The notes under the pieces: model-generated
Told to the model about the DNA's origin: nothing
Database searches by the model: none
The model's input: only the letters and a program-made list of their open reading frames with translations
Origin: Marsupella aquatica
Taxonomy: Eukaryota; Plantae; Marchantiophyta
Assembly: GCA_973895155.1 (NCBI GenBank)
Contig: OZ316898.1
Coordinates: 1,118,751 to 1,182,750, forward strand
DNA length: 64,000 nt
Reading direction: 5' to 3'
Made by a program: the position numbers and the translations under genes
Shown here: piece by piece, positions 38,553 to 51,489 of the stretch
Layout of the letters: every line of letters starts with the position of its first letter
How positions within the stretch are numbered: the stretch's first letter is position 1

Positions 38553-40604
38553 ATCTTGAAGAGACGGTATCGATGAGCTGAGCATTGTCACCATTAGGTA
38601 AAAATTGAGTAAATAATTTTAAAAATAAAATTTACCCGTGATTTCGTAAACTCTAACGTCAATAGAAATCTTTTGTTGTACAACCCCTGAAATGTTGACC
38701 CCTTCCATGAGAATGAACTCAAAATTGACGGATTTTATCGAGTACTAAGTAGATTATGAAATTTAGAATTTCTTTAGCTTTTTAATGAAATAACATTGAT
38801 AGATTTCGTTGAGTTATGTTGATATTATAAATTTCCAATGTTCTCTAGCTTTTCCAATGAGTGTAACATTGGGAAAATTTATCAAGTACTAAAGTGGTAA
38901 TGAATTTCTAAATTTCTTTAGCTTTCGATCAATTTTGAATAACACAATTGGAGATTTGTTTCCATAAATTTTGTTGTCTTAAACAATGATGCGAAGTTAG
39001 TGATTTGATGACACCAATGACTTCTCTCTCTTTGTCCATCTGCGTGTAGGAATTGAAAAGTGATTACTTTCTATGCAACTTGAGTGTATCCAACATCCCT
39101 TCGGTACCGTGGAGGAAACCGTCAAGCACTGTTTTGTTGAAGTGGGCAATTAAGCTACCCACACATTAAACAATAGTTCACATTGTAACTGGTTTTGCAA
39201 TTGATGTTAATTATAGTTGCCTTGGTAAGTTTGGCAACTGTTTCAAGTGTCAAACATTGACTTGTCCATTTTTGAATTATTTTTTCTTCAGATTTGGAGG
39301 TTCATCTAGGCTTTAGTTTCTAGATAACTGTCTCTAAAATAACATGGGCATCCACGGATTAATTGGACCTAAAATAACACCTAGTGCTTTAAACAAAATA
39401 ATTTGGTTTATCATGATAGCAATATTATGTAAATTAACATTTAGTGATTAGGAACAATTGGACTTAAAATAGTATGTAGTGCTTTAAACAAAACAATCTG
39501 GTTTATCATGGTATGAAATGACATAGTACACATCAATTTTGGTTTATCACGGTATGAAGTGACATAGTACACATTTTGATGTGCAATTATCTGGGCCCTG
39601 CTTCATCTACTGCTGTTGACTTGCCTCTAGACTTGCACAAAATTGAAGCTTAAAATACAGTTCAATATGTTTTAAAGCACTAAGAGCATCTAAACCCAAA
39701 ATTTAGCCCATGATTTGGAGGCCTAGAATTTAAGAAACTCCCTTATTGAATTTAGCCACCAAATGTTCCTCCCTTGTTTGACCACTATCCTTGTAATAGC
39801 CAGGTTCAAATGTCAAGTATATCCCAGATCTTATGGTATGTGGTGTAACCTTGTGGGTAAATGGGAATAGAACAAGGATAGAGGTCTGTCCCTTGCCTGC
39901 CATTTCTACCAAACATGACATTCAAGGTTGTGAAAATGAAAGCTGGCTGCCATTAGTTAGGGATAAGGGCCACCACCACTTGGAAACCATCCTTCCAAAA
40001 TCAATTCCTATTATATGCTCTTTTAGAGTTTAGAGGCTCATCTGACCCTTCCATGGAAGATTCACTTAATTGTCTTGCTTTGCCTTTGGGTCTTGTCTCC
40101 TAAGCTTTGTGCTCCTTGGGCAGTGTTTTGGATTGTTTGTATTACTCTATCTTTTTGGTCTAACTCTAAGTATGCTATTGAGTCTCCCATCTTGCTCTGC
40201 GTTGTTTGTTGTTTACTACTTCTCTGCCTCATTGGATATCTTTTGCTTTTCACTCTATTGGGATCTTGTCTTGAGGATTACATTCAAGTAGCCTTTTGTT
40301 ATTTGAGCATTGTTCTTGTCTGGACATTGGCACAATGCTGCTCCTTGCAACAATGACAATCACCCTGATGACCACACTTCCATTAACGATGACTGTTCTG
40401 GCAACCCAGCCAGCGATTGCCCAACTATAAGGGTTGTCGCGTTCGTGTGACTATTATGGCAGCCCTGCAATTTCCCAATCAAGCGAGCAATAACTTTGGG
40501 ATTTGTGTGTGTCAGGGTCGATTAGTATCAGGGTCTTCTTCAGTAACTTCCAAGACTTCCTTGTCCACCACTTCCTACCGACCAGAACAAGTTTAATAAA
40601 ACAA

Positions 40605-40770
40605 ACAAGTTTGAATTGTTGAAAGAGAAAGCTGCGAACCAAAACAGCAATAGAAAAAATAAGACATGAATTGTCGGAAGAGAAAGCTTGCGAACCAGAA
40701 CAACAATAAAAACAAATATAAGTATGAATTGTTGGAAAAGTTTGCAAACCAGAACAGTAAGAGACCCAAA
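40605..40770 (+). repeat. ~58-bp degenerate tandem repeat, 3 copies
   Basis: TGAATTGT.G.AA..AAAG.TTGC.AACCA.AACA occurs at ~40612, ~40667 and ~40725. Confidence 0.7.
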
Positions 40771-41077
40771 GTAAGATGTAGTACCTCAGTAACAACCTTC
40801 TTCTTTTGGGTGGGTTTGTCGTTGTTACGAGCTCTTGCTTCTCGGTCAGGTTGAACCTGTGCCTGCTGTTGGGACTTATTCTACTTTGCCTGTATTGCTT
40901 TTTCCTTGTTCCTGGATGTAGGCTTTGTTGGGGGATTTTCTGTTTCACTAGATGGTTTCCCTTTAGCCTTCGAGTTTTGTTTATTTTTTTGGTTTTTGTA
41001 TGGGCATTTCTATTAACTTTCGGGAGTGGAAGACGTACTTCTCAGTCTGAAAATTGGTTTGCTCCAAGTTGTATTTG

Positions 41078-41674
41078 TGTTAGATATTGCTCTAGTCTTG
41101 TGACTCATGAGCTAACCACAGTTAGTCTAACTCAAGTTAGGACTTAGCTAATGTTAGCGGTAGTGCTGTTGTGTATATAGTTAGGGCTGATGCCAGACCC
41201 TGGTGGAACTGAGGCTCATTGTTACGGAGCTAGTTGAGAGATAGGGAGAGCTTATGCTGTGGATGCTTGGTATGGCCGGTCGGCCTAGAGTGCAGTAAAG
41301 CTCCTCGGGGGGGTCACTTCCATGGAAGTGGCATATCATGTGCGACAAAGTATAGGGCCATTTAAATGGTTTTGGCAGAAGACTTATTAAGCCTTCTATG
41401 GAAATATAGGGTTGTTTAATTCCAAAATGCATACGTATCATCACATGATTGGTGCCGTACAACTTTCTAGAAAGTGACTTAGGGGGGTCATAAATGACCC
41501 AAACCATCGCACGTGATGTATGACCCTTCATATAGTGACCCCCCCGAGTAAAGCTCTTGTGTGTTCCCGTGGACGTAGCCTCATGTGGAGGTGAACCACG
41601 TATCTCTGTGTGTCGACTATTGTGCGTTGGATGGTTCATGGGCTTGCCGTTACGAATGTCGTCTATGCTCAATA
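41078..41674 (+). mobile_element. Solo LTR (Copia-like), ~345 bp excluding the nested MITE
   Basis: Starts TGTTAGA and ends CTCAATA (the sister copy ends TTAACA). TSD ATTTG/ATTTA. Contains CCCGTGGACGTAGCC...GGTGAACCACGTA, typical of plant copia LTRs. Absent from the opposite fold-back arm and homologous to 63713-64000. Confidence 0.85.
41304..41548. mobile_element. 245-bp hAT-like MITE inside the solo LTR
   Basis: TIRs CTCGGGGGGGTCACT / AGTGACCCCCCCGAG, with 8-bp TSD TAAAGCTC at 41296-41303 and 41549-41556. The empty site is at ~63831-63845. Confidence 0.92.
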
Positions 41675-44349
41675 ATTTAGGCATTTCATCATCACTACTC
41701 TAATCTTAGTGTTCACATTTTGACTCAACACAACTATGTTTACACATGCAATCATTTAAAAATTCCAATCCCAAGAAAGTTATGGTAGAACAATGACACC
41801 AACAAACAATTATGTACGAGGCAAAGTAATTTGGTAAGCAACAAACCTTAGCACACATCTAGTCATGATCAATGACATGACTATGCTTGTTCCAAAATGC
41901 CATTGTGTTGTCCTTGACACTGGACAATGTGTTGATGAATGCAACAAATTGCTTATAGTGTTGGTACCTTTCTGTTGTCTTCTGAACTATCCATTGGGTT
42001 TCATCCCCCTCATGGTTGATCTTTAGATTATGTGCCAACGTAACCATCATGTCAACTTCTGTCTCTTTTACTTCCACACCCGTTCACAAAATGACCCAAG
42101 TGTTGATTCTCGATTATGTTCAATCGCCATTGTACTTGGAGGGTTCCAAAACATTTGCATTATGTCATGACAAAACAATCACATATATTATGCAAATAAA
42201 GTTACACACCTTTGTCAACTAAGGTCTTCAGAGTAACGTTTTTACATTCTTCTGGGGTTCATGCGATGTAAGGATTGCATGTGATCCAGGAAGAAGGTTC
42301 TTCGGATGAAATGTGTATAACTATCGTCAATCATCACCTTGCAAACCTAATCAGATCTTGAAGTTCTAAGAAAGGAAGGGTTTTTTTGCCGGACCCAATG
42401 CGCATTCTCTTGTGCCTCAGAAAATTGTGCCCATAATTCAGATGACGGGACAGGCAACTTGCTTTTCCTAGCCTGACTTACAAATGACCAAGGCATGAGC
42501 ACAACACTATAGAATCGTCAAGATCACACTCACTACAAGATGAGCAACTTATTATCATAAGAACAGTAAGTAACACAAACAAAGAGTTTAGAGTTTAGCT
42601 TTTATGAAAAATAATGATAACATGGCTCAAGTTGCAAGCTCAAACCAGGACCTTCTGGCCCGCTTTTGCCACAAAATCTAACTGAGAAGAGCATCAAGAC
42701 GGTTGTCTCAAAGAAACACACCGTTGTCATTGGTTGCAAGGGGCAATGTTGTGCCAATCTCAGCTTCCCAACCACACTATTTTCAAACCACAAAAGGACT
42801 AAAGTCTATTAATGGCAGATTGGGGAGATTACTATCACAAATCCAAAACAAGAACAAAAATAGAAAATTTAGAGTTTAGATTTTATGAAGAACGATAATT
42901 GAATGGTGCAAGTTGCAAGCTCAAACATGGGACCTTTTGCCTCGCGCCACAAAATGCAAGTCAACATTGTATAAGAAACACACCATTGTCGTCATTGCAA
43001 GGGGTAGTGTTGCGCCAATATCCACTTCCTAGCCACACGATCATCAAACCACAGCAAGCACTCAAGTCTATGACAAAAAAAGTAAAAAGATCTCCAACAT
43101 TGAAAACCTCTGTCTATGTTATCATTTTAGATTTATGACAATAAGTTTCTCATTCTGTAGTGAGTGTGGTCTCAATGCTTTTATAATGTTTCAATAGTTT
43201 TAGGTCATGTCTCGGTCATTCGCAAGTCAAACTAGGGAAAATAAGTTGCTTGTTCCATCACCTGAGAAATTGACATAACTTCCTAAGTCAAAAGAGAATG
43301 TGCATCAGGTTCAATTGGAAAAGTCTTTTCTTCCTCAAAACTTCAAAATCTGGTTAAGTTTGCAAGGTCATGATTGATGATTTCTTTTCACATTTCATCT
43401 GGAGCACAATCATGCTTTTGAGATCACATGCTATCCTTACATTGTATACACCTAGGAGAGTGTAAAATGGATTGTCCAAAGATTTTAATATGATAAAAAT
43501 TAATATTTATAAAATTATATTATAATATGACTATTTTACCATATATAATATTTTATTATATTTTAACTATTTTGATATGCAAGTGTTCAAGAAAAATCTA
43601 CCAAATATAATAATCATTGAATATAATCAAGAATAAACCATTAAATTGTTTTGTGGACAGGTGTGAAAGCAAAAGAGTCGAAGGCTAATATTGTGGTTGA
43701 GTTGGGCATGTAACTTGAAATTAAATTATAAGGGGATGAAACCCAATAGATGAATACAACGTAACAAAAAAGTAGGTACCAACATTGGAAACGATAGGTT
43801 ACTTTCACTAACAGATTGTCCAGTGTCAAAGACAACTGAGTGACATTCTAGAATAAACATAATCCTGACATTGACCCCAACCAGATGTGTGCTAAGGTTT
43901 GCTTCTTACCAAATTTAATTTTGTCTCGTACATAATTCTTTGTTTGTATATCTGTCCTACCATAATGTTCTTGTGAGTTAAATTTTCAAATGATTGCATG
44001 TGTAAACATAGGCGTGTTTGCCAAATGTGAACTCAAAAACTGAAACAACTATGATGGAATGCTTGAATGCGATTTGTAATGAACCAATTTGAGACTGAGA
44101 AGTATGTCTTCCACTTGCGAAAGATAATAAAAAAGCCCATATAGAAGCCACAAAGAAAACAAAAGCAAAAGGGGAAACAATCTAGTGAAAAAAAACTCAA
44201 ATATAGCCTACATCCAAAAGCAAGAAAAAAGTCATGAAGGCAAAGCAAGATAAGTTCCAACAATTGACACAAGTTCAGCTTGGCCGAGAAGCAAGAGCAA
44301 AAAGAAAGAAGTGTGCAAGTGAAGGCAGCCAATAGCCTCTATTGTTTGT

Positions 44350-47091
44350 AATTTGCCCATTCGGCACTTGATACTCCCACCCATAAGTCCCCATAGCCTT
44401 CTAGTGTAGAGCTTCCCACAAAGGAGAGATTTAAGGATGTTCCTTCATCCAGTGATATTGCGTAAGAATGCAATGTGAAAGATCAAAGAATACAATAAAC
44501 GCCTAAAGTTTAAGGCAGCCTGAAGCTGACACAACAATAATCAGCATGCACCTATGAGAGACTAGGCTGAATGGAGAAGAAGGTACCTGTGAAGTTAGAA
44601 AGACTTTGCTGAGATTGTCAACCCCTCCTTGGGAGCCTGACAATGCTTGCAAACCTTGGTGTAGTTCCGCATTGGCAGCAATTTTGCATCGAGGCTGGCT
44701 CCAATGCACTTACCACTCATCGCGGATTAGAGGACCTTGTTGACCTGGCACCTGTACACGCATTGGCTCGTGCAAACACAGTAGCCGATATAACCATTTT
44801 CTCTAAGAACTGCACGGCCATGAGGAATTCCATTGGATATTTGCCACTCCACAAAGATCTGTAACTATACAAATTCTTACAAGAAATCCCACCCATTTGA
44901 TCCAAATTGCATGCAGCCCGTAGTCAACTGCATAGATTATACCCTCAAGTTGCTCCTCACCTCAATTCTACTACCTCAAGATGCCGTGTACTTATCGGTC
45001 GGTACTCTGGTTGCCTTGCCTACTGTAATTTTCATCCTTAAGAAGTAAATATTATTTGAGAGGATTGCAAGGGGATTTGACCATGAAAGGCTGGGTGAGA
45101 AAGTGAGTACAGACCTGCAATAAGGCTGTCCCAAACGTCTTAATGCCAACTGCCCCAAAGTTTATGGTTGCTCCCAAGCATTCTCAGCTCCTGATATGCC
45201 ATTTCGTAATTCAAAGTAGTCCATATCGTTTCAGATAAGAATCTGTAGGCTAGTTCAGGGATACATTTGAAGGAGAAATCCAAATCATCAAGAAGTATGG
45301 AGCCTGTCAAGCACCGATAGTAACCATATGCCTCCTCGAATAGAAGAGAGTAATTATCGTTAAGAGCCTCCACCACTGCTCGATTTCCATCTCCAAGAAC
45401 GTTCAGTCCAGCAAAACTTCCCTGTAACATTTCCCATATCATCCAGGGTGACCCCATGGGCAGCCCATATTTTTGTCCAGTCAGATAGTCTTCATAGCCA
45501 TGACCTGGGACTGTGTGAACCAACCCAGTCCCTGACTCTGTTGTGATGTAGTCACCACCAATGACGACATAAGAGAGTGCCTCACCATTTGAGCTCAATT
45601 GGTAGTCCATAACAATCCCAGCCAGGCACAAACTTCACCTTCTTACCCTGAAGAAGCTGCATTAATGCAATTCATCCACGATAACAAACATTTCCTACAT
45701 AAGAACCTTCATAGAGCCCTGTACAAATTTTATGCCAACTCCAAGACAAAACCAAATATATATTTTTCTGAAACATTTATGAGTGGAAAGTTATGGTAAG
45801 GCTTCACATTCTACTCGACCAGTATTAATAGATTGGAACTCGGATTTCAACGAAGCAGATTACGAATAATTGTCAATACATGTCTACATAGACTAAAGAA
45901 GTCAAGGATTATGGGCTACCTGGTTTCGATTGACAAAGTCTTTCAGAATTTTGTTCATTGCATGGCCCCCACATATGTAAGTCTCGATTTTCATATGGTG
46001 GCCCATCGTGCAAAGTGAAAATTTTCTGCTGCAATCGCCAGTAATGAGCAGATTGTAGTGCCGTACATTGATTTGCAGCTCTCTTCTCTTCTCTTCTCTT
46101 CTCTTCTCTTCTCTTCTCAAACATAACATTGAACAGGATCACACCGAGGGCGGGCTTAGTTTTTCATGAAGGGATCCACAACATCAGCTTTGGAAGCCAA
46201 GTACTCACTCCAGTATTAATTACTCTCTGCAAGTTTCTGCATGACCTGCCTTTCCTGCCAAAGTTTTTGAATTTGTGGCTCCCGGACCACTGAATTGGCT
46301 CTCATACTGAAAGAAGTCTGCGGCAAATTCACGGTGTACTTAAACTGGCCACCTTCTCCTTCTCCTATTGTTGCAAGCGCATGTAACAGTTACTATGCTG
46401 CTTAACCATGTCTTTCGTCAATTGCAAGCTCCAAAACAAATATATCTACCATTTAAGACCCAATTCACGGTGCACTTTTTCCGAGAACTAATTTACATAT
46501 ACAGCTGCGGAGTTTAGCAGTTCCCATCCTAGCACAAACTCGCCCCAACAATTTCGGTAAATTCATGAACTTGTGCAAAGACTAATTTTCTCAACCTTTG
46601 CATTCTTTAAACTAGATTAAGACAAACACATGAAATTGCATTTTGCGAGTTCAAAAGCATTTTGGAACATGGAGGGTCTAAAGGAAACGAATGCCAAGTA
46701 CTCGATCAACTATTTCCTTTGTGGAAAGAAGCTTTTGTTTCACAGCACCAACTTAGCGGCATTTTGCAGTAACAACGAACATCGGCAATCGTAATTGCTG
46801 ATCGAAAAACTGAATCAACAATTACAGGGACAAATGAGAATTGACAAACAATCCGACCGAACGCACTGCATTGCTTATACTGCACCCACCTTCGGCCTTC
46901 TCCGGACAGATTCGCAAATGCAGCCGACGCTTCCCCAAACGCTCCTCCTCGACCAGCGTCAGAACAAAGATGAGTTGGGTTCTGAGCTCGGGAATCACTG
47001 ACGATGGGTGAAACAGGACAAGGTTGTGCGTGGACGTGGCATGAGTGAAGCAGCAGCCCATTCTTGTCGGAAGAAAAACTCCATGAGCCAT
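44350..47091 (-). pseudogene. ileS: Organellar isoleucyl-tRNA synthetase (OVA2-like) pseudogene with large internal deletions
   Basis: Fragments in the correct order: [29 protein letters not shown] (~46250-46365); FTLHDGPPY..DLHM then frameshift to GHAMNKILKDFVNR (~45920-46025); IGGDYITTESGTGLVHTVPGHG (~45500-45570); VNKVL*..GKCIGASLDAK...VFLTSQ (~44585-44745); LWVGVS (~44370). Contains stops and frameshifts, and no KMSKS region is visible. Confidence 0.9.
46079..46118 (+). repeat. (CTCTT)n microsatellite
   Basis: About 8 pentamer copies read directly. Confidence 0.9.
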
Positions 47092-47992
47092 TCCTCCCTC
47101 AAATTGAGAATGGAATTGAGGAGACTGACAAGCAGAAAAAGGAGAGAGTGGACGAGAGAAATTGAGAATGGGAATGAGGACACTGACGAGAAGAAAAAGG
47201 AGAGAGTGGACGGGAGGAGGAGGACACGGGAAGTGTCATGAACTGGCTCACGAGTCCTCTCCTACTCACTGCACGGAGGTACGGTACACTGCGCTACACG
47301 AAGATATGGCAGGCAAACGGGCCAACAACGATCGACATCACGTCCATCGTAAGGATTCGCCATAACTGGCCGAGCAGAGCAGAGGAGTCCCTTCTTTGCC
47401 TCTCAATAGATTTCAATCCAGCAGAAAGGCATACTGGCAACGTAGGAAGTTTTCATGTCCGAGCTATTTCGTGCTTGACGAGACTTTAGCCCATGTCACC
47501 TCGCATCCCCTCATCTATGGCTGCCCCAAAGTCGAAATGCCTTGGCGGGTAGGGGCGAGGTGACGTAGGGTAGATCCGTCATATTCGCTTCTGAGCTGAG
47601 GATGCTCTTCGAGACTCCGACCCACCCTTAGTAGCTTCCTCGTGTCATGTAACCCAGTGCCCTTAGTGGTGGCGCACCCAGATTAGTTCGCCCCAATACA
47701 GGGAAATTTCGTGTCCACCATTTCTGAGTCGCCTAGACTCCCAATTGGCTGTTCGCAACAAGTCCTTGGCTTGTAACGAACTGCTCTCACAGCTCTTGTT
47801 CGGCAACTTACTAACAAACATTGGGAACCTCGTCTGGTTACTTTCCCTGTCGCGTGCGATTTCTTCCTGCGGACAAAGGCCATAAGGACGGACGGACAAG
47901 AATTTTTAGGGAAAGTGTCTTGAGTAGTAGTAGTGAATGGGTGCTCTGGTTTTGGTGGAATTCCTCTCTCGGTACAAGACCCAGGTGCGACA

Positions 47993-50366
47993 ATGATGAC
48001 ATTGCCTGTTACAGCTTGCACTGCTTCGGAGAATTTTGGATCAGGGGTAATTGTGAACCGAAAGGGATTCGGAAACCAATTGAGTTTAAGTGACGCCACT
48101 GGTGTCCGCTGTTCCCTGGAGAGGTGGTGGGGTGGCGCAGCTGTGCGTAAATCGATGCCCTTGGCTCCCATGATTCTTAATTCCAGGCAAGGTACATGCA
48201 GGCATCGGAGCTTGTCCACCCGTAGCAAGAGTGAAGGTCTCAGCAGTGCAGAGGGTGCTGACATTTTGAGTGACAGGAAGGCAGCAGAGGAAGGGGTGGT
48301 TTGCTTAGTTCTAGGAAGTGGAGGAAGGGAGCACTCTTTGTGCTATGGATTGAGACGGTCCGCTTCATGTGCCGGAGTTTTCTGTGCACCGGGTAATGCA
48401 GGAATATCGAGCTCTGGTACCGCCACTTGTGTCTCAAACCTCAACATCACTGACAGCTCCGCGGTTGCTTCTTTCTGTGCGGAATGGGGGGTGGGCTTGG
48501 TCGTGGTGGGACCTGAGGGGCCTCTTGTTTCTGGTCTTGTTGACGACCTCATTGAATGTGGAATCCCCACTTTTGGTCCCTCTGCTGCTGCAGCAGCCTT
48601 GGAAGGCTCCAAGTCCTTTATGAAGCGACTCTGTGATAAGTATCATATCCCCACTGCCCAGGTAGAGAGAAATTTGACTCCTAAACACTGAAAACCGTAT
48701 TCGAGCACATCTTTCTGCACTTATGATCTACTCATGAACTTCCTCTGGGGCTCTGTCATGTGTGGTTTTGACATCTGTAGTGCAATCTTACAAGTCGAGA
48801 GCAAGTGGGACCCGTCAGCCCGACAATGTTGCAATAATGTGGCTGATAGCTCTGTTCTAAGAATCATATGTACCAATTTCTGGTCCAGTTTTGAGGTCCT
48901 AGTCTAGGTGCATCAAGAAACCGAAGTATTGAAGACGTTCTTTCTTGTTCTGTTAATGCTCTGCTTTGCAGTATGCGTCGTTCACCAATGCCGAGGAGGC
49001 CAAGAAGTACATCAAGGAGCAAGAGCTTCCCATCGTGGTGAAGGCTGATGGTCTAGCAGCGGATAAAGGGGTCATTATTGCCAACAGCTTGGAAGAAGCC
49101 TTTGAAGCAGTGGATTCCATGCTGGTGGAAGGAACATTCGGTTCTGCTGGAGGGCTGGTGGTTGTGGAAGAATTTCTCGATGGTGAAGAAGTCTCGTTCT
49201 TTGCGATCGTTGATGGAGAAACTGCAGTTCCTATGGCCTCAGCTCAAGATCACAAGAGAGTTGGCGATGGGGATACAGGACCCAATACGGGAGGCATGGG
49301 TGCTTACTCCCCTGCACCAGTCTTGACACCCGAGCTTCAAACCCTTGTCATGGACTCGATCATTCTACCCACAGTGAAAGGAATGGCAGCGGAAGGGCGC
49401 AGATTCGTGGGTGTCCTCTATGCTGGAGTCATTGTAGAAAATAAGAATGGCTTGCCAAAGCTTCTGAAGTATAATGTGCGATTTGGTGATCCTGAGTGTC
49501 AGGTATGTATTGATTCACAAGGACCAGCCCATTGATAGTTTATTCCTGATTATTATAATGAATTTCAAACACAGTGGCTGCATACAGTTTCTGATTCTGA
49601 TTGCTTCTATCTTCTATCAAGTGTTCTGCAGTTTGTCCAAACTGCGGTATGGTTTTTTGAAAACATGCAGTCATAACCATTGTTTTTGCGAACGGAAATA
49701 GCAAACGAAGGTTTTGTTGAAATTTAACCATTGTTGTGGTTGACTGAATATATACAACATAACAGGGGATGGGATGAGTACCAACTTAAGAAGATATCAG
49801 CGGAAATGCATATTTACTTTGTGCCTATATTCAACAGACCAGCGTCAAGAAGCAAGGGTCATGCTAGCTGTCTTTATATCCTCTAAATTCAATTCCCAAT
49901 ATATGATAGTGACCCACAGGTTGGCTTGCAGGTTTTAATGTTGAGATTTCGATCTGATCTAGTCCAAGTGCTGCTAGCCGCTTGTCAAGGACAGCTCAAG
50001 GGCGTTGAGCTGAAATGGGCAGATGAGCCTGCTTTGGTGGTAATCATGGCATCAAAAGGTTATCCAGGAAACTACGAAAAAGGCAGCATCATCAAAAACT
50101 TGGTGGAGGCGGAAGGCTTTGGCCCACAGGTGCAGGTATTCCATGCAGGCACAGCACTAGACGCACAACAGAACATGGTAGCAGTGGGTGGTAGAGTACT
50201 TGGAGTGACAGCCATGGGGAAAGACATAGCAGATGCTCAGAGGAAAGCTTACCAAGTTGCTGAGTGCATCAACTGGCCTGAAGGGTTTTATAGGCGTGAC
50301 ATTGGGTGGAGGGCAGTGGCACGCATCAACACCAACGAATTGAAGTTGACAGAGGGCGCTGTCTGA
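47993..50366 (+). CDS. purD: Phosphoribosylamine-glycine ligase (GAR synthetase), plastid-targeted, 3 exons; possibly catalytically impaired
   Basis: Exons 47993-48661, 48972-49502 and 49932-50366. Motifs [76 protein letters not shown]. Confidence 0.93.
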
Positions 50367-51489
50367 TTATCAATTTGGACTTCCTATCGGCATACTTTTC
50401 AGTTTCCCCCATTTTGGAAAGTCTAAAAATACACGGGGAGTGAATTATCAATCAATTCCTACCCAGGTAGTACAATGTATGAGAACAGAATGTGAATCCA
50501 GGAATGGAGTAGTAAAGCATAGGGCATCCAGTTTCGACGGCGAAACTCCATTTTCCATACTCTTCCACGTACTCTTCTCTTGTGAACTTGTAGTTTTCTT
50601 CCACCCATCTTTTCTCGTTGAGGTACACCTCCAACCTTACCATCCAAATGTCAATGAAAGTTCGGAGGAGATGTCGTCCATTATACCATTTGCTAACCCA
50701 AAACTTTGGGTTTAGGGTTTAGTGAGCCATGCAGGGTGTCAAAGCCCTAGGGGCCTTAAATTACAGATCAGTAGGGTCTCGACATTTCCTTGAGGAGCCA
50801 CACTTATTAGGCAGTCGAGAAAACAGACAAGTGTGTGTTTGGAGGGCTTTGACATCACTTGTTTTACCTGGTTTGGACATTCCACTGCATAAAATGCTGG
50901 TACGCCTACTTTCCAATCTGCAAGGGCCAAACATCTGCCAATATATTTGTTTTCCACAAAGACTGAAGACACTCACTTTTTGTTATACCTTGTCATCGCA
51001 TTAAGCTTCACAGTTTACATCAAGGAAATATGAGTGACTTACTATCGGTCAAAGTACATCGCTCCACAGGAAACCGAACTGAGCTCTAGACTTTCAGAGC
51101 TTGGGTCTGCGCACGACCAAGGGCAACGCGTATTTTCTGTAGAAAATAAGGTAGTCCCACGGAAAAACCTGCTGCATCCAACCAGCTTGGCTGCTATGGT
51201 TCCTCCACGATGAAATGAGAAAAGACCATATTGAAAAAGTGCTAGAGTGCCACCAAATTTCAACAAGAAAAAGGCCGGAGAACGTCCAGAGGACCAAAGC
51301 TGTTCACAAGATTACCTCGAGAGAACCAATTGACCTTTCGCATCCTCAGCTACACTGGACGTCTAGCGAATTGAACGATTGATGTCTGAACTAAGATTCG
51401 AAGTATGAGGAAAGGCAGGAGGCGTCTATGTCTCTCAGAAAATTGCAGGAAATCACCGGTATCTGTATGAAATTAAACTCCGGCCCCTC

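Larger units (their letters stand above)
40810..44310. mobile_element. Large fold-back structure with ~1.2-kb diverged inverted arms and a central direct repeat
   Basis: 40810-42555 (minus the LTR insertion) is reverse-complementary to 43140-44310. The spurious ORFs 40806(+) and 44033(-) translate to near-identical peptides. The centre has two ~290-bp direct copies starting at ~42585 and ~42870. Confidence 0.8.

Noticed and set aside
50707-50722. Telomere-like TTTAGGG motif
   Set aside because: Only about two units, too short to call an interstitial telomere.
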